A stretch of 64,000 bases of DNA, from NCBI RefSeq assembly GCF_963921235.1, contig NC_086097.1:213654001-213718000 (forward strand), read 5' to 3'. Numbering within the stretch: position 1 is the stretch's first letter; every line of letters starts with the position of its first letter. The notes beneath the pieces are model-generated. The model was not told the origin of the DNA. It ran no database searches and saw nothing but the letters and a program-made list of their open reading frames with translations. The stretch comes from Mobula hypostoma (lineage: Eukaryota). The position numbers and the translations under genes were made by a program. Below, in pieces: positions 50,778 through 63,810 of the stretch.

Positions 50778-51197
50778 GATAGGTTCTTGATTGGACATGG
50801 CATCAAAGATTACGGGGAGAAGTCTGGAAACCGGGGTGCAGGAGGGGGAAAAAAAAGGATCAGCCAGGGTTGAATGGCAGAGCAGATTCGATGGGCCAGA
50901 TGGCCTAATTCTGCTCCTATGGCTTATGGTTTTATGGCCTAATGGAATTTCTTGTCCCAGAGAGTGGTGAATCTGTGGAATTCTCTGCCCAGTGAAGCGT
51001 GGAATTTACCTTATTCGGTAAATATATTTAAAACAAGGTTGGGAAGATTTTTGCTTAGTAGGAGAATTAAGGATGATGGGGAAAAGGCAGGTAGGTGGAG
51101 ATGAGTCCATGGCCAGATCAGCCATGATCTTATTGAATGGCGGAGCAGGCTCCAAGGGCTAGATGGCCTACTCCTGCTCCTATTTCTATGTTCTTAT
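50778..51197 (+). mobile_element. Two consecutive CR1 3' tails
   Basis: Tails ending ggcttatggttttatggcct (~50940) and tatttctatgttcttat (~51197). Confidence 0.82.
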
Positions 51198-51329
51198 CTA
51201 CTTAGGACAAAAAATGCTGGGCAATATTTAATCCTATTGGATCAATACTGTGCCTATTTCTGGGCATCCTAGGATTGTCAGGAGAATTGACTCCTGACTT
51301 GTTTGGGCGATTCTGTGGAAAAGGATAAT

Positions 51330-54148
51330 GGATACAGGACTGAAGGTGTTATATTTGAATAAGGTAGATGATCTTGTATCACACTTAGGGATTGGCAGTT
51401 ATGACGTTGTGGGCATCACTGAGTCATGGCTGAAAGAAGATTATACACATTGTATCAAAAGGACAGGCAGGTAAGCAGAGGGGGTGTCAGCGCTTGGCTG
51501 ATAAAAATGATATCATTCCTTAGAAAGAGGTGACATAGGATCAGAAGATGTAGAATCCTTGTGGGTTGAGTTAAGAAACTGCAAGGATAAAAAGACCCTG
51601 ATGTGAGTTATATACAAACCCCCAAATAGGAGTAAAGAAGTGGTCTACGAATTACAATGGGAGATGGAATACACATGTCAAAAGGGCAATCTTACAATCA
51701 TCATGGGGGATTTCAATATGCAGGTGATTGGGAAAATCAGATTGGTGCTGGGTCCCGAGAGAGAACTTGTAGAATGCCTACAAGATGGCTTTCTAGAACA
51801 GCTTGTTGTTGAGCCCACTAGGAGATCAGCTATTCTGAATTAGGTGTCATGTAATGAACTAGGTTTGATTAGGGAGCTTAGGCAAAGGAACCCTTAGGAG
51901 GCAGTGATCATAATATGATAGATATACAAACGATAGATAAATTCCAAAGAGGAAGTATTGTAAAGGCAGGATGATGCAACTGTGGTTGACCATGGAAGTC
52001 AACACCAACATAAAAGCCTAAGAAGGCATATAATAGAGGAAATATTAGTGACAATTTAGAGTATTGGTAAAAACCAACAGAAGCCACCTAAAAATCCAGG
52101 GGGTGGGGTGGGGAAGATGAAATATCAATATCAAAGAGGATGCCAAAAGCTTTTTTCAGATATAGAAAGAGTAAAAGAGAGGTGAGAGTAGATGCTGGAC
52201 TGCTGGGAAATTATGCTGGAATAATTGGGGCCAAGGAAATGGCAGACAAACTGAATATGTATTTTGCATTTGTCTTCACTGTGGAAGACATCATCAGTAT
52301 GATGGAAGTTGGAGGGTGTCATAAGTGAGTGCCATTTCTATTATTAAGGAGCTGCTTGGGAATCCGAAATGTCTGGTGAGTCATCTAGACCAGATGGGCT
52401 ACATACTAGGGTGCTGAAAGAGGTAGCTGAAGATAACCATCCTTCAAGAATCATGTGATTCTGGAATGGTTCTGGAGGACTGGAAAACTGCAAATTGTCA
52501 CTCCAGGCTTCAAAAAGGGAGGATAGCAGAAAAAAGGAAATTATAGGTCAGTTATCCTGACTTCAATGATTGGGAAGATGTTGGAGTCGATTGTTAACGA
52601 TGTAGTTTTGGAGTATTTAGAGGTACATGATAAAATAGGCCAAAGTCAGGATGGTTTTCTTCAGGAAAAATCTCACCTGACAAATCTATTAGAATTCTTT
52701 GAGGAAATAACAAGTAGGATAGATAAAGGAGAATTGGTTGTGTACTTGTATTTTCAGAAGGCCTTTGACAAGGTGTTGCATATGAGGCTGCTTAACAAAA
52801 TAAGAGCCCATGATATTACATGAAAGATACTAGCATGGATATAAAGCATTGTCCAGTGGCATCCGCACTGGACTTTAAGATGAGTGGTCCTGGGTTCGAC
52901 TCTGGTCGGCTCCCTGCGTGCTTTCCATCCGTGCTGGGTTGAGCATCGAGCTAGCAACTTGGACTCGTAAAGAACAGACAAAAAACTTGCTGAAGAAATG
53001 GCAAAGTTGCTGCCCGATGTGTCAGAAGGCGCAGAAAGGAGCATCAGCAGCTAGCATGTGTAGAGCATTGGCTGATTGGCAAGAGGCAAAGAATGGGAAT
53101 AAAGAGAGCCTTTTCTGATTGGCTGCCTGCGACCAACGGTGTTGCACGTGGGTCAGTGTTGGGACAGCTGCTTGTCATGTTGTATATCAATGATTTGGAT
53201 GATGGAACTTAGGCTTTGTTCCGATGTTTGCGGATGATATGAAGAAAAGTGAAGGAGCAGGTAGCATCGAGAAAGCAGAGAGGCTTCAGAAGGGATTGCA
53301 CAGATATGGAGAATAGGCAATGAGTGACAAATGAAATATAGTGTTGGGAAGTGTATGGTCATGCACTTAGGTAGAAGAAACAAAAAGGCTGACTATTTTC
53401 TAAATGGGGAGAAGATTAAAAAATCCATGGTGGAATGGGACTTTAGAGTCTGCGTGCAGGAGTCCCTAAAGGTTAATTTGTAGTTTGAGTCAGTGGTAAG
53501 GAAGGCAAATGTAATGTTAGCATTCATTTCGCGAAGACTAGAATATAAAAGCAAGGTGGTGATGCTGAGGCTTTAGAAAGCACTGGTGAGGCCTCACTTG
53601 GAGTTTTGTGAGAAGTTTTTGGCCCTTTATTTAAGAAACGATAGACAAACGTTGGAGAGGGACATTCATGAGAATGATTCCGGGAATGAAAGGCTTATTG
53701 TATGAGGAATGTTTGATGGCTCTGGATTCGTACTTAATGGAATTCAGAAGAATGAGGGGTGAGCTCATTGAAACCTATCAAATGTGAAAAGCCTAGATAG
53801 AGTCGATGTGGAGACGATGTTTTCTATGGTGGAGGAGTCTAAGACCAGAGGACACAGCCTCAGGATAGAGGGACATCCATTTGGAATGGAGATGAGAAAG
53901 AGTTTCTTTAGGCAGAGCATGGTGAATCTGTAGAACTTGTTGTCGTGGGTGGCTGTGGAGGCCAGATCATTGGATGTATTTAAGGGTGATGTTGATAGGT
54001 TCTTGATTAGACAGGGCATGAAAAGTTATGGAGGCAGGAGAATGGGGTTGAGAGGGAAATGGATCAGCCATGGTGAAATGGTGAAGCAGAATTGATGGGC
54101 TCTATGGCCTAATTCTGCTCCTATGTCCTAGGGTCTCATGGTCTTATG
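51330..54148 (+). mobile_element. Degenerate CR1 ORF2 (APE and RT) to tail
   Basis: IIMGDFNM, LEQLVVEPTR, LTNLLEFFEEITSRIDKG, FQKAFDKV; tail ggtctcatggtcttatg. Confidence 0.9.
52852..53050 (+). mobile_element. tRNA-derived SINE inserted in CR1
   Basis: B-box-like GGTTCGACTCT after a tRNA-like head; flanked by diverged duplication ctagcatggatataaagcattg (52830-52851) / ctagcatgtgtagagcattg (53051-53070). Confidence 0.75.
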
Positions 54149-54789
54149 ATATGACACCTTCTACTATAATGTGCAAAATTTGTCACCATGTTAACTTCCA
54201 ATTATACTTGATTGGCATAGTTCCAAACCCCTCCCATCGTTTACTGACAGAACAACCTATTTTTTCTAGTACCATTTACTATGAAACTTGTTACTCAAAT
54301 ACACAAGGCTCAAATTACGTTCTTTGTCCTCACTGAGATCTGTAACCTTCTGTGACCTCAAATGCAACCTCACCTGCAAGTCATGACTGCGTTCCTTCAT
54401 TCCCAGCTTCCTAGCCTTAGGACACTTGAGGCTGTCTCTGCTAAGCCTCAACATTTGCTACTCACTGCTGCATCAGGGAGGTCAAATAAACTCCGCACAC
54501 AAGGAGAGGTGACTTCATCTGCTTTTCCTTCAACCCACTGGAGCAGGCAGAGTGGGGGAGGGGATTAGCTTGCATTGTGGGGTTTCCCAAAATGCAGATA
54601 TTAGTAAGCTCTATTCATATCATCTTGGCAATATTCAAGCAGGATCACTGCTGTAATGCTGGGGAATCTTCATGTTCCCCTTTCACTTGGCATTTCTCCG
54701 AGGAGAAGCTTTCCACCAGCCTATTCTCTTCTCTCAGAATTTCAGGGAATCATGTCCCAACGAGCCCCATCATTACAACACCCAACCAA

Positions 54790-55000
54790 GGTTCCATAGA
54801 TGAACTGCAGTACACAGAGGGCTTTAGCTAGTGTTTGTACACACTTGGAGGCCAAGCTTCAAACCATCATTGACTCGTTCACTGAAGCCTACAAGAGAAT
54901 AGGGCTTTTACTTGACATCTGTTGGACAAAGGTCCTCTGCAGCACACAGCCCTCCGAAAACAAGCTCCTGGAAAATGTGGATCACTTCTCATATTCCCTC
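54790..55000 (+). mobile_element. RTE-clade LINE RT remnant
   Basis: ELQY then HLEAKLQTIIDSFTEAYKRIGLLLDICWTKVL...LENVDHFSY. Confidence 0.65.
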
Positions 55001-55514
55001 ACAATCACGAGCAAATTTTCTGTACAGAGCCCAGGGTGCAGGCCCACTCGACAGCAGCATTCTACCATCATCTTATTTAATTTTTAAAATTTTTAAATTA
55101 TAGTCATTTAAAATTTTTCTAGCAAGGTGGATATCCTCACACTAGATGCTATATAGAAAAACCAGACACTGTAAATGATGCTTTTAAAACTTCGATCATG
55201 CTCAGGACTGTAATGATGCCAGACCAGCAGATTTTGATGCCATTCTTCTGAAGATCCCTATACACTTTTAATTAGTTTTATTTCAGATGTAACACAATAT
55301 ATTAACACCCTCTCTGGTGAGTTTGACAAGTTAGAAGAGTGCATTGAAACTGGGGGCAGGGTGAGTCATAGGGGAAGTACAGGAGCAAACAAATCTCAGA
55401 GAAACCTGGGAACCTGGGCCTCAATCAGTTTTAGAGGAGTGCTGAGAACATTAGCTGGTAAGACAGGTACTGAACTGGCAGGATTACCAAACAGTCATTT
55501 TGCAGGTTATCAGG

Positions 55515-56005
55515 GTAAACTGCTGGAAAAATTCAATGGGTTAAGCAGCGTTTATAGAGACAAAAGAATAGTTTACATTTTGGGTTGTGACTCTGCAAAT
55601 GGTTTGAGAATGCAGAGGGCAGTTACTCAGTCCAAAGAGTTCAGAAGGAGGGGTGAGACAGGAGCTGGTAGGCGATAAATGCAAACACCTGTTTATCATT
55701 CTCCCCTTATCACGTTCCACTTATTACCTTTCAGCACTGTCACCTCTTTCCCCCTTCTCTCACCACCCCCCCTACCTGGATCTATCTGCTAATCATCCCT
55801 GGTCCCTCCTATTTCCCACTAGCCCATGTGCTCGCCCTCGCTCTTTGCTCTTTATACAGGATATCTTCCATTCACATTTTCTATCCAGATGCAGGGTCAT
55901 AACCTAAAATGTTGACTATCCCTCTGCCTTCACAGGTGTTTTCAGCACTCTTGAGTATTTACAGCAGTTTGTTCTTTGCTCCAAATTTCAACACCTGCAG
56001 TCTCT
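55515..56005. mobile_element. Old inverted pair of PLE pLTRs with decayed HHRs
   Basis: 55568-55597 vs reverse complement of 55890-55919 match 25/30; flanks resemble the pLTR family. Confidence 0.6.
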
Positions 56006-56036
56006 AATGGCTCCAACAACATTTCACTGTAGCTTA

Positions 56037-56709
56037 TGTAGCCCCCCGGCCAACCTCAGGGTTGCTCAGCTCGCTGTCGTCTAGGGAAACAGCCCTCGGC
56101 CCCGCTAAAATGGATAATTAGTTTGTGTGGATGCCGTGTGATGTACCCCACCCTGCCCAAATAACAGACAATACACCAGATACGATTAAATGATTTACAG
56201 TTTATAGATATTACTGGAACTATATAATTAATAGAGAATAAAATATAAGAGGAAAATAAAAGGCGCCACACTTATCAAAGTTCAATCTCTTCGTGCACAA
56301 ATAGTTGGAGCTCAGGACCCTTTTACTTCACCCTGCGACCCCTCGGACCACCTCGACCGGCCACTTAGGACCAACAACGGTGGTCGACCAGACGCTCCAC
56401 ACGAGTCCGTCTCCGTCTCCTCGCCGAACGCCCTCCTTGGGGTCCGACCCCATTAGCAGACATCACAGCACCTGGTCCATCCTCTTTCTCTCTCTCTCCC
56501 TTTCTGCCTCCAAAACACCGCGCATACATATCTTCCAGATACACCAAAATCATAACAACTATCCCAATTGGTTCGTAACATCTTCTTATCACCGCCGCAA
56601 AAACTTTCTCAGCGTTTAACATAACAAAGAAGCATTCCCAAGTATAACATAACAAAGAAGCCATTTTAATTAGCCTACGCAGTAACATAAGAGACGAAAC
56701 CCCCTTACA
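56037..56709 (-). mobile_element. Solo LTR (673 bp), Gypsy- or ERV-type
   Basis: TGTA...TACA termini with 4-bp TSD CTTA at 56033-56036 and 56710-56713; CpG-rich compared with flanks; strand inferred from the 42601 copy. Confidence 0.85.
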
Positions 56710-57069
56710 CTTATAATCTCCTTTTAAGAAAGAAACGGAATACATATGTTTGCTTTGGTCTTTAATTCCTGTTCAATGCCAACCATCAAAGTATTTCAAG
56801 GTGGTCTATTTCAACACGGAAGACCGTAACTACCATCTATATGAAATTAAAGATGGCCAATTAATGGCAGAACAGCCATCAGTACAAGAAAAAAAATAAA
56901 ACCACAATGTATTAGAGTATCTAAAATGAGAAATATCATTTTGTTCACATGGAAAGAGCATGAGACAAAGTCCCACATATTTTTTTTTCCCATTTTACAA
57001 TTGCTTTGTGGGTCTAGCATTTTAGGGATTTCTTTAGTTTGGATTTCCAGCATGTGCTATTGTATCATT

Positions 57070-57445
57070 CAAAGTCAAAGACACTTTACTATCAAAGTAT
57101 CTATATGCCACTATTCACTACTCTGATACTAATTTTCTTGCACCATTTACAGGAAAATAAAGAATTTATGAAAATCTATACACAAATGAAGACAAGCAAA
57201 CAACAATGTGCAGAAGAAAACAAATTATGCTAAATAAATAAATAAATAGACAGCTAGATTGATAAATATATACATTCATATTGGGAGGTTGAGATGTAGA
57301 GTTCTTGGAAGTGAGCCTGCAGATTGTGAAATTAGTTCAGAGTTGAGGTGAGTGAAATTATCTATGCTGGTTCAGGAGACTGATGGTCATAGGCCAACTG
57401 TTCCGGAATCTGGTAGTGTGAGACCTAAGGCTCCTGTACCTTGTA
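57070..57445 (-). mobile_element. Rex1/Babar 3' tail
   Basis: Similar to 13100-13460 and 41860-42480. Confidence 0.75.
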
Positions 57446-57812
57446 ACATTTACAAAATGTCAAAATTTCACATTTGAGATTTTCATCTCTACTATCAGTC
57501 TGAATGATAAGAAAGCATAAAATATGGGAAATATATAAAATTCACCACTTAAAATGATATACAAAAAGAATACAAAAGCAGGCCATGCTCTGTGGATCTT
57601 GAGTATTTCCAGTAGGTGCTGAGGTTGAGTTAAGTTATTGGTGTCCACCTCGATGAAGAGGTGTCTGATGTCCTTTTTCCTCTTTCATGGAAGGAAAAGA
57701 ACAATTCGAGCTTCTGTATATTGCTAATTAAAATCAACAAATGGACCTCTGACATTTTTTGTGAAGATTGTCCTTTTATAGCCTGTTTGGTCATAACTTA
57801 GTCATGAAAATT

Positions 57813-58005
57813 TATAGCATAGCGGTTTGCAGAACACTTAACAGCAGCAGTGACTGGTGTTCAATTCCTGCCGCTGTATATAAGGAGTTTGTATATTCTC
57901 CCCATGACTGTACATTTCCTCCAGATGCTTCAGTTTCCTCCCACACTCTAAAGACATGGGTGTAATTGGGCGTTACAGGAACAGAAGTTGTACTACTCCA
58001 TGCTG
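57813..58005 (+). mobile_element. tRNA-derived V-SINE (HE1-like), degenerate
   Basis: Head atagcatagcggtt...gttcaattcctgcc, then V-core-like ggagtttgtatattctcccc...tttcctccagatgcttcagtttcctcccacactctaaagac. Confidence 0.7.
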
Positions 58006-58999
58006 CCTCATACACTTATAATTTCAGTATTCAGTTTAATTGTCTATGTATACAAGCATCAATTTAATATAAGAGATTTTCTTAACCTGCAGAAGAGCAT
58101 TGTAATAACTTTGAATGTCTACAATTGAAATATAGGATAAAAGGCCAAAGTATATTGGTTAATTAACAGATTTTAAATAATTGATCGAACAAAATGCTTC
58201 AGGACTATCAATAGAGGCATTTGCAAGGATTGATTACTTAATTAAAGAAATAACAATCACATAAAATGAAAAACACAACCATTTCCATTTATGTATCAAC
58301 TTTAAAGAAGGAAACTATTCCAAGGCGTTTCACTGGAAGGTTATCTACAATTGTTGGTTCTGAGCCAGTTAGAACATTTGAATATGAATTTGACAAATGC
58401 TAGGCTTTAAGGAGGCTCTGAAAGAAGGAAAGCAAGCCAGGCGGGTGAAGGGTAGCAATTCCAAAGTTGGCACTTGAAAGCATGATCATCAAAGGTGGAG
58501 CAATTAAATTCAGATCATTATCCCAGGTTTTGAGAACATGGGAATCTCAGAAGCTAATGAGACTGGAGAGTAGTATAGATATCTGTAGAGGAAACTCTCT
58601 GGGGGGAGGGGGCATTGAAAATGAGGATGAAATTTAATGAAAATAACTTTGGGCCTAAAATTCTGAAATGAATTTTGTATTACTCAATATTAATATAGTT
58701 CTAGTTTATGAAGCTAGAACTTAAAATAAAATGTGCCCTTTATGAAGTGTTGATTTATAGTAGAACAAGGTGCCACTAGAGATAAGAGTGAGGTGTTGCA
58801 AAAAATAGATCAACAAGTTCATGTTAACATTTACACATTAAACAAGTTAATCGATTTGATCACATTTCCCTGCCCTGGTCTTATAATCCTTCAATCAATT
58901 TTTCTTTGTATTTGTCATATTTGTAAATGATAATATTATGGTGAATAAAACTTACTGTTCCATAAGGTCTATGATTTACACTAGAATCAGCTCGGACTT

Positions 59000-59565
59000 T
59001 TCTGATGTAAATCATTGACCTCATGTGAGTGAGTTGGAGACAGTTCCTTGTGGAGTGTTTTAAAAAGCGAGCAGGTTCCTTTGGGACTTGTCTGTGGAGC
59101 GGGATATTGTTTGCGTTATTAGTAACTTACCAAGGGCCAGTAAAAAAGAAGTGGGATGTAAACAGAGTGGCCATTGTGGGAGCAGCCTTTGCTGGAGTGG
59201 GCCAGAGTTAGAATGGGAGATTTTGGCCAACAGGTTTGACAAGAACAGATGGAGGCCCCAACTAAGTTTCTTCTAAGTATTTTTCCTCTTTCTTTACCTA
59301 TTGACACATGGCTAGTGTGTTGAGAATGGAACTAGGGTTAATGGAAAGTTCTTTGTGTGAGATGCTGTAACTCTGGAAGACCTCCAGTCTCCCTGATAAC
59401 TACATCTGCACAAAAGTGCATTGAACTACAGCTCCTTAAAAACAACATTAAGGAACTGGAGTGGCAGCTGGAGTTCAAGGTCCTACAGAATAATGAGGAG
59501 GTAGTCACCCCCAAGTTGCAGGACTCAGGTAGCTGGGTGACTGTCATGAGAGAGAAGATATAAAG
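59000..59565 (+). mobile_element. CR1 5' UTR and ORF1 zinc-finger remnant
   Basis: KCIELQLLKNNIKELEWQL...VVTPKLQDSGSWVTV, homologous to ORF 23563-24018. Confidence 0.8.
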
Positions 59566-59629
59566 TCAGCTGTATCAGTATTACAGTGGAGTAAATGGAA
59601 TTACAGAGGCACTCTAGGTGGAGCTTAAG

Positions 59630-60413
59630 AGGACAATGGCGCCTAACGACAACTCCTTCGCTTGCATCTTCGGAAAGAGCTCTATTTCTATCTTGAATAT
59701 CTCTATTTTTCCCGTTCAGGGTTCTTTTGAAAACCCTGGCCTGGAATTATATGCTGGCTTTGGTTCTTTGTGGGAATGGGACCCACTCTCGGGGTCTCAC
59801 AACTGGCCGCAATTTGATATACCAAGGACGCAGCCTAGAAGACTAGCATGCCTCCAGGGGTCCTGGAGTTCATGGCTCTGGAGGAAGGAGTATTCAAGGT
59901 TGGTAGCTCTGCAGGAAATTGGTGTGTCGTGGGAGATGGAAGATCAAAACCAGTAAGCTGGCTGCTGGCTGTGTGCGCAGAGACCCGAGTTCCTTGGGCA
60001 CAGAGCTTGGAAAAAGTGATGCAACAGACTTCTCCTGTCTCTCTGTGAAATGGGGACACCACTTTTTTCCTTATTAGGTAGCGAGAGAGCCTGTGGTATG
60101 TTAAAATACCAGGTGAACGAGTAGTCTTTGGGTTACTGAAATTCTGTGTCTTTATTGATGCTTTGCTGCACACTTGAGTGCTCGGTGGGGGGGCGCCGAT
60201 GCCTTTTTTTGCTGGTGGGGAAGGGGGGATCATTACTTTGCTGTTGCTTATACATGGATGGGGGGAGTTGGGGGAACTTTGGGACTCTAACATTTAACTG
60301 CCATTCATTCTTTGGGGCATTCCTCTGTTTTCATGGGTGGTTGTGAAGAAAAAGAATTTCAGGATATATATTGTATACATTTCTCTGACATTAAATGTAC
60401 CTTTGAAACCTTT
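59630..60413 (+). mobile_element. Non-coding retroposon with Rex-like tail, lying between CR1 pieces
   Basis: Starts aatggcgcct; ends aagaatttcagga...attaaatgtacctttgaaacctttg, like Rex tails. Confidence 0.5.
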
Positions 60414-61778
60414 GCTGAGAGAGAAGCTGGCCAAAGTTGATTGGAAGGGGACACTACCACTAGCAGGGATGATGGCAGAAAACCAATAACTGAAGTTTCT
60501 GGGAGCAACTCAGAAGGTATAGGATAGGTAAATCCCAAAGAAGAAGATGTACTCTATGGGAGGATGACACAACTATGGCTGACAATGGAAATCAAAGATG
60601 GAATAAAAGCAAAAAAGAGGACGTAATTATATAGCAAAAATAAATGGGAAGTTAGAGGGTTTGGAAACTTTTAAAAACCAACAGAAGGTAACTAAAAAGC
60701 CACAAGGAGAAATAAGATAAAATATGAAGGTAAGCTAGCCATAATAAAAGAGGATACAGAAGTTTTTTCAGATATACAAAGAGTAAAAAACAGGTGAGAG
60801 TGGATATCAGACCACTGGAAAATGATGTTGGAGAGGTAGTAATGGGGGACAAAGGAATGGCAGACAAACTTAATAAGTATTTTGCATTAGTCTTCACTGT
60901 GGAAGATACTAGCAATATGCCAGAAATTCAAGAGTGCCGGGGTGTAGAAGTGAGTGTAAATGCTATTACTAAGGAGAAGGTACTTGGGAAGCTGCAAGAT
61001 CTGAAGGAATATGTCACTGGCCCAGATGGACTACACCAAAAGGTTCTGAAAAAAAAAGTGCCTTTAGAATTCTGGAGACATTAGTAGTGATCTTTCAAGA
61101 AGCACTTAATTCTGGAATGGTTCTGGATGACTGGAAAATCGCAAATATTGCTCTATTCTTGAAGAAAGGGTGGAGACAAAAGACAGAAAATTATACATCA
61201 GTTAGCCTGACTTCAACAGTTGTTAGGATATTGGATTCCATTATTAAGGATGAGATTTTGGGTTACTTGGAGACACATGATAGAATAGGGCTAAATCAGC
61301 ATGGCTTCCTTAAGGAAAAGTCTTACCTGACAAATCTGTTGGAATTCTTTGAGGAAATAGCAGGTAAGGTAGACAAAGGAGAGTCAGTTTGCTGTTTACT
61401 TGGATTTTCAGGCCTTTGAAAAGATAGATACGTGAGGTTATTTAAGAGCCCATGGTTTTACAGGAAAGGTATTAGCACGAGTAGAAGATTGGCTGACTGT
61501 AGGAGGCGAAAAGTGGGAACAAAGGGAGCCTTTTCTGATTGGCTGCTGGTAGTTAGTGGTGTTTCACAGGGTTACTTGTTGTGTCCACCTCTTTTTACAT
61601 TATGTGGTAATGATTTGGATAACAGGTTTGCTGGATTTATGACCAAGTCTGCAGATGTAGGTGGAGATAACGTAGGTGGAGACAAAAGTAGTGTAGGGAG
61701 TCTACAGAAGAACGTGGACAGATTAGGAAAATGGATGAAGAGGTGGACGATGGAATATAGTGTATAGAAGTGCATGGA
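60414..61778 (+). mobile_element. Degenerate CR1 ORF2 segment
   Basis: MADKLNKYF, GPDGLH, DWKIANI, QHGFLKEKSYLTNLLEFFEE. Confidence 0.9.
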
Positions 61779-61965
61779 TGTTTTTTAATACTATTTCTGT
61801 TTTTGCACTATTTTTAATGTAACTATTTAACACACATATATACACTTACTGCAACTGACTTATATATATTTTACATTATCATGCATTGCAATGTACTACT
61901 GCCTCTACGTTAACAAATTTCATGACAAATGCTGATGATATGAAACCTGATTCTGATTCCGATTC
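61779..61965 (+). mobile_element. Rex-type 3' tail with (ATTCTG)-like repeats
   Basis: tgcattgcaatgtact...acaaatttcatgaca...aaacctgattctgattccgattct. Confidence 0.65.
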
Positions 61966-63810
61966 TTTCTCATCTTTATGGTTTTTTAATTTGCCTTCTG
62001 TTGGTTTTTAAAAGCTTCCTAATCCTTTAACGTTCAGTTAATTTTAGCACTATTATATGCCCTCTCTTTAGCTTTTATGTTAGCCTTGACTTTGCTAGTC
62101 AGCTATGATTGCATCATCCTACCTTTAGGATACTTCTTCTTCTCTGGGATGTATCTATCCTCCACCTTCCAAATTGCTCCCAGAAATTCCAGCCATTGCT
62201 GCATAGTATCATCCCTGCTAGCTTCCCCTTCCAATCAACTTCAGCCAGCTCCTCTCTCATGCCCCTTTAATTCCTTTTACTCTACTGCAATACTGATACA
62301 TCTGACTTTAGCTTTTCCCTCTCAAATTGCACAGTGAATCCTATCATATTATGATCACTGCCTCCGAAGAGTTCCCTTACCTAAGCTCCCTAATCAAATC
62401 CTGTTCATTACTCAACACCCAATCCAGAATAGCTGATCCCTAGTGGGCTCAATCACAAGCTGCTCTAGGAAGCATTTTGTAGGCATTCTACAAATTTCTC
62501 ATCTTGGGATCTGGCAATAACTGATTTTCCCAATCTATCTGCATATTGAAATCCCCCATGATGATTGTAAGAGTGGCCTTTTGACATGTGTATTCTATCT
62601 CCTATTGTAATTTGTAGACCACATCTATTCACAAGGATTCTACACCTTCTGATTCTCTGTCACTTCTTTCTAAGGATTTGATTTCCTGCTTTTACCAACA
62701 GAGCCACCACACCCATTCTGCCACAAACAAGACAAAACCTGCAGATGCTGGAAATCTGAGCAACACACACCAGATGCTAGAGGAACTCAGCATCTATGGA
62801 AAAAAGTATAGTCGACTTTTCGGTCTGAAACCCTTCTGCAGGACTGGAGGAAGAAAAAAGCTGAGGAGTAGATTTAAAAGATGGGGGGAGGGGAGAGAGA
62901 ACTGCCAGGTGATAGGTGAAATCTGGAGGGGGAGGGATGAAGCAAAGAGCTGAAGAGATGAGGTGAAAGAGAGAAAAGGAGATGGGAAATGGGGACGGGG
63001 TGGTGTTTATTGGGGGCCATTACCGGAAGTTCGGGAAATCGGTGTTCATGCCATCAGCCTGGAGGCTGCCCAAACAGAATATAAAGTGTTGTTTCTCCAA
63101 TATATTGGCCTCATCGTGACAGTGAAGAAGGCCAGGGATGGATATATCAGAATGGGAATGGGAAGTGGAATTCCCATTCTGCCTACCTGCCTATCCTTCT
63201 GATACAATGTGTATCCTTGGATGTTAAGTTCCCAGCTAAAATTTTCCTTCAGCCATGATTCTGTGATGTCCACAAGTCATACTACCTCTAACTGTACTAC
63301 AATTTCATCTACCTTATTCTGTATACTGCATGCATTCAAATATAACCCCTCCAGTCCTGTATTCATCACCGTTTTCGATTTTGTCCACTTTTTACATTCC
63401 AACATATCCCACTGGCTGAAATTTTGCCCTAACATATGCCTGTCCTTGCTAGCAGTCTCACTACACATTGCTTTTGTTTGTAAGCCAACTGTTCCATCCT
63501 CAGCCCTATCACTCCGGTTCCGATCCCTGTTGAATTAGTTTAAATCCTCCCGAAGAGCTCTACCAAACCTGTCTGCAAGGATGGTTGGTCCCCTTCGGGT
63601 TCAGGTGTAACAAATCCCTTTGGTATAGGTCGTACCTTTCTCAGAAGAGATCCCAGTGATCCAGAAATCTGAATCCCTGTCCCCTGCACCAGTCCCTCAG
63701 CCACTCATTTATCTGCCAAATGTTTCCATTCTTACCCTTGCTGGTATGTAGCACAGGCAGCAACCGAAGATTGCTACCCTGGCAGTCCTGCTTTTCAGCT
63801 TCAAACTCTA
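61966..63810 (-). mobile_element. CR1 (ORF1 end and APE region), split by a PLE
   Basis: Minus ORFs LYLNACSIQNKVDE and ITESWLKENFSWELNIQGYTLYQKDR. Confidence 0.88.
62723..63172 (-). mobile_element. 5'-truncated PLE (GIY-YIG C-terminus and pLTR with decayed HHR)
   Basis: 11-bp TSD CCCATTCTGCC at 62712-62722 and 63173-63183; HHR remnant AGUC-CUGCAGA-AGGG...GAAAAGUC-GACU at ~62810-62845. Confidence 0.88.

Noticed and set aside
52852..52910. tRNA gene
   Set aside because: No complete cloverleaf; continues into a SINE body inside a target duplication
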